A stretch of 63,909 nt of DNA, filler included, from Candidatus Fermentibacterota bacterium (GCA_016928395.1; 6 parts of 6 records of this genome joined end to end with filler, not necessarily neighbours in it); one strand, 5' to 3'; counted from the first letter of the whole stretch, positions 28,119 to 38,428 are shown. Made by a program: numbers and translations. Notes: generated from the letters alone by a model not told the origin.

Positions 28119-29275
28119 TACCCGCCTCCAGAGATCTTCCGCCGGACGAAGGGGCATCACCGCTAAGAATACCCTTGCATGTGGTCGCCGACAACCTCCG
28201 GTCTGCGTTCAATGTAGGCGGCGTGTTCCGAACGGTGGACGCGGCGGGCGGTGAGATGGTTCACCTGGCGGGCTATACTGCCCGTCCGCCGCATCCCCGG
28301 GTCCTCCGTGCGGCCATGGGCGCGGACCGTCTCGTCGCCTGGAAAGGATGGCCTGATGCCCGCGTGGGCGTGCAATGGTTGCTGGATCAGGGATTCCACG
28401 TGGTGGGGCTCGAGCCGTCGGCAGAGGCCGAGGACTACCGGCACTATCGCTACCGGTGGCCTCTGGGCATCGTGATCGGCAATGAAGCCCTGGGCATCTC
28501 TCCGTCGGTGATTCGCCGTCTTCACGGTATGGTGCGCATTCCCATGCACGGATTCAAGGGCTCGCTCAACGTGGTTGTGGCGTTGGGCATCGTACTGTTC
28601 CAGGTGGTGCATGGTGCGGATCGCCCCGCCGCGAGGGATCATCTCCCGGATGAGCACGGCGGCATTCTTGCAGCCATCATGGATCGGGTGCGCCTGGATT
28701 CCGCGCATCGGGGCGCGTGGCAGGGGCGGTTCCTCGAACCCGGTTCGGCGGTCTTCCTGCTCCATACTCCTCAATTCCCTGCGGCCACTGTGTGGGCCCA
28801 CGCCGACCAGGGTGGGGTCGTGCTCATGCTCCAGCCCACGATTCCCCAGGCCCATGGAGGGCCGCATTCCTCTGATGCGTGGCGGGCGGTCTCGGCCGAT
28901 TCGCGCCGGCCGGCGGTGATTCCTCTCCGCCACCCGCCCCGTTCTGCGTCTCGCGGCCTCGCCTTCGATGCCGCGGTTCGTGTGGCAACGGCAAGATCCT
29001 CAGGCGGGATGACGCGCCTCACCCTCGATCATCTGGCGTATGAGCTTCTCCATCGTGGCGATGTCGCCCGTGACGGTGTAGGGCCCGATCTGACCCGGTT
29101 CCTCGATGCTCAGACTCCTGCGCAGATGGAAGCGATGGCACGGCGTCTCGGCGCGTACCTGTTACGCCCGATGGGAGGGTGGTGGGAACCCACTGAACTG
29201 ATCTACGATCCCGAGATTGTCCGTCGTCGCGCCGATGTTGATGGCTACGTGCGACGGGTGCTCGGCCTCGGGTGA
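28103..29275 (+). CDS. SpoU/TrmH-family methyltransferase with ~215-aa unknown C-terminal extension
   Basis: DNLRSAFNVG, IGNEALG and IPMHGFKGSLNV motifs. Confidence 0.8.
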   Translation: MNSDPLPASRDLPPDEGASPLRIPLHVVADNLRSAFNVGGVFRTVDAAGGEMVHLAGYTARPPHPRVLRAAMGADRLVAWKGWPDARVGVQWLLDQGFHVVGLEPSAEAEDYRHYRYRWPLGIVIGNEALGISPSVIRRLHGMVRIPMHGFKGSLNVVVALGIVLFQVVHGADRPAARDHLPDEHGGILAAIMDRVRLDSAHRGAWQGRFLEPGSAVFLLHTPQFPAATVWAHADQGGVVLMLQPTIPQAHGGPHSSDAWRAVSADSRRPAVIPLRHPPRSASRGLAFDAAVRVATARSSGGMTRLTLDHLAYELLHRGDVARDGVGPDLTRFLDAQTPAQMEAMARRLGAYLLRPMGGWWEPTELIYDPEIVRRRADVDGYVRRVLGLG

Positions 29276-29408
29276 GCGGTTCGCCGTGCATGGTTCACAG
29301 TCAGTTGGGCGAAGGCAGCGAGCGGAGAATGCAAAACTCGGTCCCACGGTATATCTTGGTGTAGCGGCCTTTGATGGAGTACGTGGTCTTTGTGACAGGA
29401 GGTGTCTC

Positions 29409-31454
29409 ATGCGTTCGCTGTACTGGGTGATGATTGCCATGCTGGGCATGAGTTCGGCCGTCGCCGATCATGACCTCGGATTCGCCTCCAAGCTTCCCGC
29501 GGAGACGAGTTTCTTTGTGACGACGGAACACATGGGCGAGGTGGCCTCGGCCATCGCGGCCAGCGAGTTCTACCGGGCGGTCTACGCCATCCCCTCGGTC
29601 GCGGAGGCGGTGGAACAGGGCAAGTTCCCCGATCTGGTGGCCAAGTGGGATGAGCTGGTGGCGGGCGAGCAAGGGCCCATGGTGCGGGCGGCGGCCTCTC
29701 TGCTGGCACGAGAGGTCGTGTTCGCCTCCACGGGCGACGGCACCCGGGGCATCGTCCCCGGGATCATCCAGCTTGCCCGGGTCGCCCTGCTGGCGCAAGA
29801 GCACAATCTGGGTGGCCAGGATCGAGCTGTCGGCGATCACCTCCGGATCGTGGCTTCCAACGTCAGCCGGCGGTGTGGCCTGGATCCTTTTGTCCTTGCG
29901 TTCAGGACCCAGCAGCGCGCACTGCTGGAACCCATGGTGGCCAGTCTGCTCACGCAGCTGCCGCCCAGCATCGCCCCCATGGTGGCCGTGGAGGAACTCC
30001 ATGGCGTGCAGTTCACCACGCTTACCGTAATTCCAGGCCTGTTGCATCCGCCTCAGAATCTTCGCCCGGGACTCATTCAGATGATCCCAGACAGCCTGGC
30101 GCTGGAGTCGGTGATGGCCGCCTACGCAACGCTGACCTTGAAGGTCCGGCTGGGCTGGCTAGATGACTACCTGGTCATCGTCGCCGAGGATCAGACCGGC
30201 ACTTTTGCTGACAAGCTCGCCCGCGGCCCGGGCGCGACAGCCCTGGCAGCCATGCCAGAGTTCCAGGCCGTGCTGTCCAGGGCCGGCGACCATCCCGTGC
30301 GGAGGGCAGTGGTGGATCTTCGCGGGTGGCGGCGATCGCTTTCCGGCCAGCTTGAGGAGGTATCCTCTGACCTGGCGATGTGCCGAACCCTCATGGGGTT
30401 TGCCGCCATGGCGGGAGTCACGCCACAGCTCATCGGCGAGAAGCTCACCGAGTTTGCCGCGACCTCGCTGGATCCCGAGCTGTCGGTCCTCTGCGCGGAT
30501 CTTGATCACGGCGTGCGTATGGTAGGCGAACTTCACCATGCGCCAGAGTCCCAGGCCTGTGTGATGGGCGCGAAGACACTCACCCTGGCCTCTCGCATCC
30601 CCGCCTCCGCCGGAGGGTGGCTGGTATGGGGGGGGCCGAATGCGGCCGAAGGGTGGCGTCGAAGCCTCGACGAGGCGGTGAAGTGGCGATCCATGCCATG
30701 GATGACCCTGTCAATGCCTGCAGAGCAACGCCCCGTGCAGAACAAGATCACCGAGCTGATGGCCGTCACCCGGGACAGCCTGACCACTGCATTGGGTCAG
30801 GAAGGAATGGCGGTGCTCTCCTGGGAAGGGGTGCTCACGAAGATTGAAGATCGTGAGGTGAACCTCTCCATTCCCGAGGTTGCCTTCGTCCTGGAGATCA
30901 CGGATCGGGATCGCATTCGTTCCCTTGGCGCCGTGTACGAAGCCAAGATCACCGAGCTGCTCGCCCAGCGAGCCGACAGCGCGGTAAAGATGCCGAAACC
31001 TTCATCCAAGAAGGTCAAGGATGGAGAGAAGCTCTGGTGGGATGGCCTGATTCCCGTGGAAGGCCCGGGGCTTGTGCCGACCATCTACCTGACCGATCAT
31101 CATCTCATCGCCGCGTCCAGCGCCCGCCTGGCCGACGAGATCTATGAGGTGTCTCGCGGCAAGGGGAAGTGCCAGGATTGGCCCCAGGGCGAGCTCCGGC
31201 AGCTTGTCGCACGCTCCTCATCCGTCGCGGGCGTGCTGGGTGTTGCCGGCATGGCGCCGTTCCTGACTTCCATTCTGGATCACGCGAGAGGCGCCTCAGG
31301 CCCCGAGCTTTCCGACAAGGACATGCGGGCCACGGAGGACATGGCGGCAGCACTGAGGTTGCTGCAGGCAATTCCCCGGATCTGGGGGCATGCGCTCATA
31401 CAAGGGAATGAGGCACGGCTGACCGCGCGGCTGGAGGTTCACGACCTCCAGTAG
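29409..31454 (+). CDS. Large secreted hypothetical protein (DUF3352-like internal duplication)
   Basis: AGGAGG RBS; signal peptide; LASKLPA/LASRIPA repeated halves. Confidence 0.65.
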   Translation: MRSLYWVMIAMLGMSSAVADHDLGFASKLPAETSFFVTTEHMGEVASAIAASEFYRAVYAIPSVAEAVEQGKFPDLVAKWDELVAGEQGPMVRAAASLLAREVVFASTGDGTRGIVPGIIQLARVALLAQEHNLGGQDRAVGDHLRIVASNVSRRCGLDPFVLAFRTQQRALLEPMVASLLTQLPPSIAPMVAVEELHGVQFTTLTVIPGLLHPPQNLRPGLIQMIPDSLALESVMAAYATLTLKVRLGWLDDYLVIVAEDQTGTFADKLARGPGATALAAMPEFQAVLSRAGDHPVRRAVVDLRGWRRSLSGQLEEVSSDLAMCRTLMGFAAMAGVTPQLIGEKLTEFAATSLDPELSVLCADLDHGVRMVGELHHAPESQACVMGAKTLTLASRIPASAGGWLVWGGPNAAEGWRRSLDEAVKWRSMPWMTLSMPAEQRPVQNKITELMAVTRDSLTTALGQEGMAVLSWEGVLTKIEDREVNLSIPEVAFVLEITDRDRIRSLGAVYEAKITELLAQRADSAVKMPKPSSKKVKDGEKLWWDGLIPVEGPGLVPTIYLTDHHLIAASSARLADEIYEVSRGKGKCQDWPQGELRQLVARSSSVAGVLGVAGMAPFLTSILDHARGASGPELSDKDMRATEDMAAALRLLQAIPRIWGHALIQGNEARLTARLEVHDLQ

Positions 31455-32350
31455 ACAGCCCAATCCGGCCGATCGATTTCTTCAATCAGCGCCAGATAGC
31501 TGGCGTGGCGATGACGCGCGATGAGGCCGGCATCCACCGCTTCCTTGACCGCGCATCCCGGCTCCGCGCGATGCACACAATCCGTGAAACGGCAGCGCAT
31601 TGCATGAGGCCCAAACTCCGGGAAGCACTCCGCGATCTCCTTGATCGATCCGTCGGGCATGCCCAACCAGCCGATGCCCGGAGTATCGGTGATGTACCCA
31701 CCGCATTCCATGGGGAGAAGCCGGCTCAGGGTGGTGGTGTGGCGGCCCCGCCCGATGCGGGCACTGACCTCGCGCACCTCCTGTGCCCGGGTATCCAAGA
31801 GCTCATTGATGAGCGAGGATTTTCCCGTTCCCGAGGGGCCCACGAACGCGGAGACCCGCCCCTCCAAGAGCGCTCGAAGACCCTCGAGACCCGTTCTGTC
31901 CTTCGCACTGGTGCGTACGACGGGGTAGCCGATTTCAGGATAGACGCCGATCTCATCCGGGCCACTCTGCGCCAGATCCACCTTGTTCAGGCATACCGCA
32001 CACCGGAGGCCGCCCCGTTCTCCCAGGACCAGAAACCGGTCCAGGGTCCCGAGGGAGGGCTCAGGCTCGGCTGTGCTGATCACCACGACGAGGCGCTCGA
32101 CATTGGCCACGACGGGAACCGGCTTTCCCTGAAAGTCCACTTTGGTGAAGGCCGAACGCCTGGGTTCGATGCCCGTTACGGTGCGCGATGAGGCGGAGTG
32201 TCCCCCCAGGCGCACCAGATCTCCCGCCACCGGCAGCTCGCGGCTCCCTCGTATCTTCAGCCTGCCCGCCGGCGTCGCGCGCACTAGAACGCCGTCTTCC
32301 TCAACCAGAACCTCCCGCCCGAGAACGCAGAGCACGCGGCCCACGTTCAC
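31439..32350 (-). CDS. rsgA: Ribosome small subunit-dependent GTPase A
   Basis: NKVD, GPSGTGKSS, GRHTT, DTPG and CRFTDCVH..EPGC motifs. Confidence 0.95.
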   Translation of the reverse strand: MNVGRVLCVLGREVLVEEDGVLVRATPAGRLKIRGSRELPVAGDLVRLGGHSASSRTVTGIEPRRSAFTKVDFQGKPVPVVANVERLVVVISTAEPEPSLGTLDRFLVLGERGGLRCAVCLNKVDLAQSGPDEIGVYPEIGYPVVRTSAKDRTGLEGLRALLEGRVSAFVGPSGTGKSSLINELLDTRAQEVREVSARIGRGRHTTTLSRLLPMECGGYITDTPGIGWLGMPDGSIKEIAECFPEFGPHAMRCRFTDCVHRAEPGCAVKEAVDAGLIARHRHASYLALIEEIDRPDWAVYWRS

Positions 32351-32406
32351 CGGCGTACCCTTCCTAAGCCCGCTACGGCGCGGTCATGGCGAAACACGTT
32401 GACGGG

Positions 32407-32435
32407 TTGACCTGAGGATCTGCTCATCATACCTT
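32407..32435 (+). promoter_or_regulatory. Putative sigma70 promoter of tRNA-Met
   Basis: TTGACC-17 nt-TACCTT, about 46 nt upstream of the tRNA. Confidence 0.45.
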
Positions 32436-32481
32436 GACTCCATTGGATGGCATCGGATGTAGCGCGATGTGCATGCCGTGT

Positions 32482-32557
32482 GGCGGCGTAGCTCAGCCGG
32501 TAGAGCAGCGGAATCATAATCCGTAGGTCCGGGGTTCAAGTCCCTGCGCCGCTACCA
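32482..32557 (+). tRNA. tRNA-Met (CAT), probably elongator
   Basis: 76-nt cloverleaf; GCGGA-ATCATAA-TCCGT anticodon arm; GGTTCAAGTCC T-arm; encoded CCA. Confidence 0.93.
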
Positions 32558-32559
32558 CA

Positions 32560-32659
32560 NNNNNNNNNNNNNNNNNNNNNNNNNNNNNNNNNNNNNNNNN
32601 NNNTTAATTAATTAANNNNNNNNNNNNNNNNNNNNNNNNNNNNNNNNNNNNNNNNNNNN
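32560..32659. other. Artificial contig spacer
   Basis: N run with TTAATTAATTAA. Confidence 0.99.
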
Positions 32660-34571
32660 GGGGCCACGGGTACGCCGCCCCCAGTTGCGCCCATGCGTCG
32701 TCCAGACTCATGCCGTAGTAGGCGATCTGCTCCGTGCCCCCACTCCGGAACCGCCACGCCGCCACCTGGCAGTCCGCGCTGTCCTCCTGGTCCATCATCC
32801 ACGCAACCAGCCGCTGCGGTGACCGCACCTGCGAGAGATACCAGTTGTCCAGAAACATCGAGCTGCTCGCATCCACCAGTAGGCACGCGTGGTTGAACGG
32901 TTCGATCTGCAGCCGATGCACCCGGTCGTGCCCGCCGGTCTGGCCCGGGAGACCATCGTCCCCCTCGTACCCGACCCACTCCTCGGTATCGGCGTCCCAG
33001 TATGCCGCGGTCCCCGGATTCGCATCCAGCGCATGCCGTGTCACCGCGTCCTCGGCCCAGATCACCAGGCGCCTGTCTCCTGCCATCAGGTTCCGGACGC
33101 TGTCCCACGTCACGAGCGGATACCGCCCCACCCACCGGTCCCGCGGGTGCACCACGCTGTCCCACCGTACCGTCTCGAACGGCAGCCCCGCGTACGGACC
33201 CTCCAGGGTCACCCGGATGGTGTCGTGCATCCCCTCCGAGAATAGCAGTTCGACTTCCAGCACGTCCCCCTGGACTAGCCGTACCGGCTCGTCTGTCTCC
33301 ACCGCCAGCTCATCCCCTTCCCAGTGGGCATCGTACACGACCGTCGAATCCCTGGTCCCCCTCGTCTGCCGCACCAACGCCCGATTCACCGGGGGCGCGA
33401 AGTTGTCGACGAACACCGTGTCGTGCACCGCGGCCGTATCCCCCGAGTGCGACCACGCGTCCAGGAACACGTCATACCACCCATCCGGAAATCGCGCCTC
33501 CTCGTTCCGCGTCGCAGTCCCCGTCCCGCTCGTGTCCACCCTGGTAGGCCAGCAGTTCTCCTCTATGTTCGAGATCCCCTTGGTCACGCTCGGCGCGCTC
33601 TCCCCGCAGTTGGTCACGATGTAGCGACAGAGTGGCCAGTCTATGGGCGAAGTCTCAGGATCAACGAACGTTGCATAGTATGCCAGTGAGTCCGCCATCT
33701 CGAACGGACCCCGCATCATCAGCATGCACCGGTAGGGGATCGTGCCGCCGGTATCGACCGGGGACACGGAGTATCCGATACCGTAGATCCCTGGATCGTA
33801 GTTGCCCCCGGTCACTGCTACGGCGCCAACTACGATGTCAGCTGAGTCCTTCAGGACATACTCCTGCCTCGTCGAGTCCCAGAATGTCTGTGCAAGTTGG
33901 ATGGTCTCTCGCCTGTCCTTCACGTAGTCGATCGCGTAGTTGTGCCTTCCCACCGCCGGTCGCGGGGCAAACTCCACATTCTGACTCGGCGCCGGCACCA
34001 GACTGTCCAAGGGGTTGCACACCGACCGGGTCAGGTTCCCGACCTCCTCCTCCAGGTAGAAGTGCAGATGACAGTTCTCCAGATTCGGCCTGAACGGCGC
34101 GACCCAACCGAGAACGTCGCCAGAGGAGACCGTCGAATCACGGCCAAGGTCCGGTCGTGGAATGACATGCCCGTAGTGCCAGGATGGATTGCCGGCCATG
34201 GTCCTCGCAATGGTGATGTAGCTCAAGTGGACTTGGTTGCCAGTGAACGTCTGCGCGGCTGTCACATACCCGCCAAACACCGCCAACACCGCGGTACCGG
34301 AGTCCTTGGGGATGTCGACACCGGTGTGATAGCGGATGTTGGCAAGATACTGCTCAGGATGGGTTGGGGTGGCCGGTATCGTGTCGATAGCGAACACGTA
34401 ACCATTCCAATCCCCATACGTCTTGTTGATCGCATGCGCAGAGTTCTGCGGCGCCACCGGCCACGGAATACCGAATACCTGGTGTGCAGTCCCAAGCAGA
34501 ACCGCTGCCGTGACCACCACCCAGATCCCAGCCAATGAGCATGTCCTCGCGTCGTGCCTTCCTGCAGTCAT
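32660..34571 (-). CDS. Large secreted protein: N-terminal M23 peptidase, Ig-like domains, start of a vWA domain (3' truncated)
   Basis: Signal peptide then PWP; YHTGVD (HxxxD), YGHV and HLHF (HxH); FPDGWY..VFVDNF; LLVDASSSM (DxSxS). Confidence 0.75.
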
Positions 34572-34581
34572 CACGCACCCC

Positions 34582-35958
34582 CTATTCCTGAACCACCAGC
34601 CTGCTGAACTGCAGCCGGACTGCCTTCTCGAGGAGGAATACACCATCGGGCGATAGGTACGGGATGGCCTCGCCCATCCCTCCTATCGGCGATACGTAGC
34701 GCTCTCCAACCGGCCTCGGTACCCACAGAAGCTGCACTCCATCCCCTGACAGGATGGTCAGGCTCCCCCCCTGCTCCACAATCGCCACGATCTCCCCCTC
34801 CCGGCTGGTACCCACTCCCGCAATCCGGGCGCCTGTCCGATACTCCCACAGCAGTCTCCCGGTGCTAGCCTCTCGTATGTGAACAAGGCGCGCCGCCCGG
34901 TACACGGCTACCATTCGCGACCCATCCGCCGACATGACAACCTCGGCGGTCGTGGTCTTCATCAGCTCCGACGCAACGGTCTTCCCTTGGCTGTCAACCA
35001 CGTACAATGTACCCCCCGACCGTTCCTCTGGTCCGCCCGTTGCCACGGCAGTGAACACCGCTCGTGATCCGTCGGGGGATATATCCACGATGCCTCCAAA
35101 CCCCCCTGTCCCCCCCGGCACCGCCTCACTGGCCCACTTCAGTTCGCCCGACTCGTCGCACGCCCGAAGCCCACATGTTCGCCCAAAGTCAACGCGATGA
35201 TCGTAGGGACCTGCCGCCGTGTGTACCACAAATGTCGATCCATCAGCGGAAAGTGCCGCCCTCTGAAGGTAGCTGAAGCCATTCCGTTCCACACACTCTC
35301 CGGCCTTCCCGCAGAACCAGCCTCTCCGGGCTCCTATCTTCACCACTACTTCCCCATCATCCGAAATATGCGACACCACGTCCCCGTACCATTCGTATTC
35401 CAAGTGCGTATTGTACGGCCCGAACTCCTTCTCCCAGTAGATCCGCCCTTCCACGTCCATGTACACCTCACGCCAGTGGGCCTTCTGCTGCCATTGGGCG
35501 TTGAGCCGAGCACTCTTGGCTTCTCCGAACTCCGGCGTCAGCCCTCCCCCGGGCGGTGGCGCCGGCTCCGGAGGTACCTCCGGCCCCTCGATCCGCATCA
35601 CTCGCACCAGCCAGTACTTCATGTTCCGCGAGGCGTACACCGTGAAACTCCGCACCTTGTCCCCAGGTCGAACCGCCGGGATGTCCATCGTCGTCCCGTC
35701 ATCCAACCACAGCTGCTTGGTCCGGTACGCCGCCCAGTGGCGGATCTGGTTCAGGAGCCATTCCTTGTCTTCTTGCGGGATGCTCGTGTCGGCTAGCACC
35801 GCCTTGATCTCAGGCGGCGGGAACCCCTCCGCGAACACCTCTTCCCCCTCTCCCGGGGTCTGCCAGATCTCCTCCAACCGCAGCGGCCACTCTTCCTCCG
35901 CGAGCACGGATACCGCTGCCACCATCATGATCCCCGCGACCACCAAACCTGCTCTCAT
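34582..35958 (-). CDS. Secreted WD40/beta-propeller-like protein
   Basis: AAGGAGGG RBS; signal peptide; repeated ISDDG/LSADG/ISPDG/MSADG blades. Confidence 0.7.
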   Translation of the reverse strand: MRAGLVVAGIMMVAAVSVLAEEEWPLRLEEIWQTPGEGEEVFAEGFPPPEIKAVLADTSIPQEDKEWLLNQIRHWAAYRTKQLWLDDGTTMDIPAVRPGDKVRSFTVYASRNMKYWLVRVMRIEGPEVPPEPAPPPGGGLTPEFGEAKSARLNAQWQQKAHWREVYMDVEGRIYWEKEFGPYNTHLEYEWYGDVVSHISDDGEVVVKIGARRGWFCGKAGECVERNGFSYLQRAALSADGSTFVVHTAAGPYDHRVDFGRTCGLRACDESGELKWASEAVPGGTGGFGGIVDISPDGSRAVFTAVATGGPEERSGGTLYVVDSQGKTVASELMKTTTAEVVMSADGSRMVAVYRAARLVHIREASTGRLLWEYRTGARIAGVGTSREGEIVAIVEQGGSLTILSGDGVQLLWVPRPVGERYVSPIGGMGEAIPYLSPDGVFLLEKAVRLQFSRLVVQE

Positions 35959-35987
35959 GACTCCCTCCTTGAGTTGTGCAGTTCCCT
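35950..35987 (-). repeat. 38-bp leader/RBS/start repeat, copy 2
   Basis: AGGGAACTGCACAACTCAAGGAGGGAG(T/C)CATGAGAGCA; 37/38 identical to 38055-38092. Confidence 0.9.
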
Positions 35988-36129
35988 CGTTCATTACCCT
36001 TCGTCCAGCACGGACACAATCCGCGCAAGGTGTTCTTGTCGGCAAGCTCGGTTCGCCATTGTCTGGAGTCAAGCGCCATGCTTGTCCGACCACGGCTCTT
36101 GACTCCATCATCAAGTCTACACCCTCCAG

Positions 36130-37125
36130 TCAGACTTCCCTCAGCCTCCGCTTTCCGCTCCCACAATCACTATCGGTATCGGTATCGATCGCGGGTTCCC
36201 CTCCGATTGCCCAATCCGACCACCTCGCGTCTTCGTTCCGGGTCGCACTGCTGTCCGCATCCCACGCGTCTCCCACCCCCGTCCTCGTGTTCCAGAAGCG
36301 GTTCGCTGGCTGCGTGCCGTCGACGCAGGTGTTCGTGATCCAGTACTCGGGTCGTGACGCGTACACGCTCTTGTGGATGGTCGTCCCAAGCCCCGAATGG
36401 CTCGCCACTTGCGTGAACCGGATCGTCGGATCGCTGAACTTGTCCAGCACCAGCGAGTCTGTCTCGTGAGTGTAGATCCGGAACCCCAGCCGGTACGGCA
36501 TGAGCTCCTCATCCGTCCCCTCGGGGCTCAGGCTGTCTCTTCCCGCCACCGCGATATCCACCTTGCCGGTCAGGGTGTCCTGCAGGACGACCGAGCTGGA
36601 TCCTTGCCTGCAGAACGTCAATGAGTCGACGATGGGCGGAATGGTATCCACGAACGAATCCAGGAAGAGGAGCGGGTTGTTCTTGATAGCAGGGCCGGAT
36701 GCGGGACCGTCGTTGAGATGTAGGTGGTTGGCGTTTGGGCGTACTCTCCCAATTGCTTGAGCAAGGCTGATAGTAGACCCTTCCCTCACCGCCGATGTGT
36801 CGATCAGCACATGTACGTAGCCAAATCCATTCTGCCATGCCGCATCGCCTGCCCAGAACCATGAGCTATCGGCAGGGTAGATGTATCTGACCACGGCTGT
36901 GGATATCGCGTACAGAGTATCCGAGATCCCAGGCGCGGGCTGGATGTCCACGCCTGCGTGGAGCCGGTTGGGGTTCTCGGTCGTGCCGTGCCGATATGCC
37001 CCCACCGTCTGCCGGATCACCTGTTGGCTACTCGTCGCATGATCGAACGGCCAGGGGTAGCTCAGCCCCACACCCGCGAGTCCACAGATGAGCCCTCCAA
37101 CCAGGAATGCCCTCGCCCCCTTCAT
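36130..37125 (-). CDS. Secreted M23 peptidase-domain protein, truncated after the ATRNEDAR junction
   Basis: YPWP, LHAGVD, GYVHV and HLHL motifs; last ~25 codons come from a GATACC hexamer tract and adjacent sequence. Confidence 0.7.
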   Translation of the reverse strand: MKGARAFLVGGLICGLAGVGLSYPWPFDHATSSQQVIRQTVGAYRHGTTENPNRLHAGVDIQPAPGISDTLYAISTAVVRYIYPADSSWFWAGDAAWQNGFGYVHVLIDTSAVREGSTISLAQAIGRVRPNANHLHLNDGPASGPAIKNNPLLFLDSFVDTIPPIVDSLTFCRQGSSSVVLQDTLTGKVDIAVAGRDSLSPEGTDEELMPYRLGFRIYTHETDSLVLDKFSDPTIRFTQVASHSGLGTTIHKSVYASRPEYWITNTCVDGTQPANRFWNTRTGVGDAWDADSSATRNEDARWSDWAIGGEPAIDTDTDSDCGSGKRRLREV

Positions 37126-38063
37126 GGCTGCTGCTCCACAGGCTTCCCAGTCTTCAGGTCACGAAGGAGCACCGTCTGCCCTGATGGGGACAAGGCTGCA
37201 AGTACGCCCCCCCCAACCTCCAGCCTCCTGTAGGGCAACCCCTCCAGAGTCTCTTGCCAGGACAGCTCCCCATCCTGGGAGAGCACTCTTACCCGGTTGC
37301 CGCCATCCGGGGGTCCAACCAACGACCCAATCACCACCACGCTGGCGTCGGAATCCACCTCCAGGATCCTCACCTCCTCATTTCGATACTCCTGTCTCCA
37401 GTGGATCACTCCACTCGGACTCACCAGCGCAACTTCCGATAGGCTGCCATGCCCGCACACGTTGAACAGGTCAGTTCTCGATACGACAATATCCCTGTCC
37501 ATCATCTTGATCAAAGCGATTCCACATGGCTCCTCGTCTCCGCACCCGCACCCCTTATCCGAGAGCCTCACCAGCTTCGACGTGCCGGAGGGAATATCCA
37601 CAACGATGAACTCGCCCAGACTGCGATACACCACACACAGTGTGTCCGACGACAGCAGCGCCACCCCGCCAGGATGAAGGCCATGCCAGAGAACGTCCGT
37701 CGAAAGCCGTTCGTGGCCCGCCTCGTCGATCAGGAGCAGATGACTCCTCCACGGACCACGACCGCCGGCAGTGAACGTATAGGTGAGGGGCAACGGATTG
37801 ACGAGGATCGTATCTTTGGCCGCATAGTCGAACAGCACCACGACCGCCCCAAAGCCCGGCTCTGCCAGTCGAATCAGCCTCGGCGTAACACTTGCCGCAA
37901 ACCCCATCTCCATCCGGAACACCACGCTGTCGCCTCTTATCACCACGATGGTCGTTGAATCCTCTACCACCGCTTTCAGCTCGGACCGAGCCGGCGAACT
38001 GCCGCCCCAGCCCATCAGGAGCACCATGGCTCCTACCGCACCCATCAACTGCCTTGCTCTCAT
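37122..38063 (-). CDS. Secreted beta-strand-rich (propeller-like) hypothetical protein
   Basis: Same leader as the 35958 gene; signal peptide; blades SPSGVIHW, SQDGELSW, SPSGQTV; ATGA overlap with the M23 gene. Confidence 0.65.
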   Translation of the reverse strand: MRARQLMGAVGAMVLLMGWGGSSPARSELKAVVEDSTTIVVIRGDSVVFRMEMGFAASVTPRLIRLAEPGFGAVVVLFDYAAKDTILVNPLPLTYTFTAGGRGPWRSHLLLIDEAGHERLSTDVLWHGLHPGGVALLSSDTLCVVYRSLGEFIVVDIPSGTSKLVRLSDKGCGCGDEEPCGIALIKMMDRDIVVSRTDLFNVCGHGSLSEVALVSPSGVIHWRQEYRNEEVRILEVDSDASVVVIGSLVGPPDGGNRVRVLSQDGELSWQETLEGLPYRRLEVGGGVLAALSPSGQTVLLRDLKTGKPVEQQP

Positions 38064-38092
38064 GGCTCCCTCCTTGAGTTGTGCAGTTCCCT
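38055..38092 (-). repeat. 38-bp leader/RBS/start repeat, copy 1
   Basis: Matches 35950-35987. Confidence 0.9.
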
Positions 38093-38323
38093 GGCATGCC
38101 CTATGTCCTCCCGCGGCCCGGGCATACCCCGCCGAATGCTACTTCCTCCGGCAACCAGGGCTCCCCATCGACTCACGTCAAGCCAAGTCTTGATGATCCC
38201 ATCCCCCATGTTCTCGACTCATCCCGGCCGAGCCCGCGGCCCATTCCCGGTTCCGCGCGTCCGTAGGTCGGGGCGACAAACGGACCCGACAAAGCGGGTC
38301 TCTCCACCGAAACCATCCCCGCT

Positions 38324-38395
38324 TGTCGACGCCGGCGTGAAATGTCTCGAAATCGTCGGTGGAAGGATTCCCTGGCGATCCCCTCGAATCCCTTT
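38324..38395 (+). mobile_element. IS21-like terminal inverted repeat (left)
   Basis: TGTCGACGCCGGCGTGAAATGT..., 21/22 identical to the reverse complement ending at 47602; similarity continues for ~65 bp. Confidence 0.5.
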
Positions 38396-38428
38396 GGCCG
38401 AAGAAGAGCCATTTCGAAACGGCGTTGA

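Noticed and set aside
38324-38345. Inverted repeats translate as TFHAGVD, like the M23 HxxxD motif
   Set aside because: No surrounding M23 similarity; coincidental reading of the repeat.
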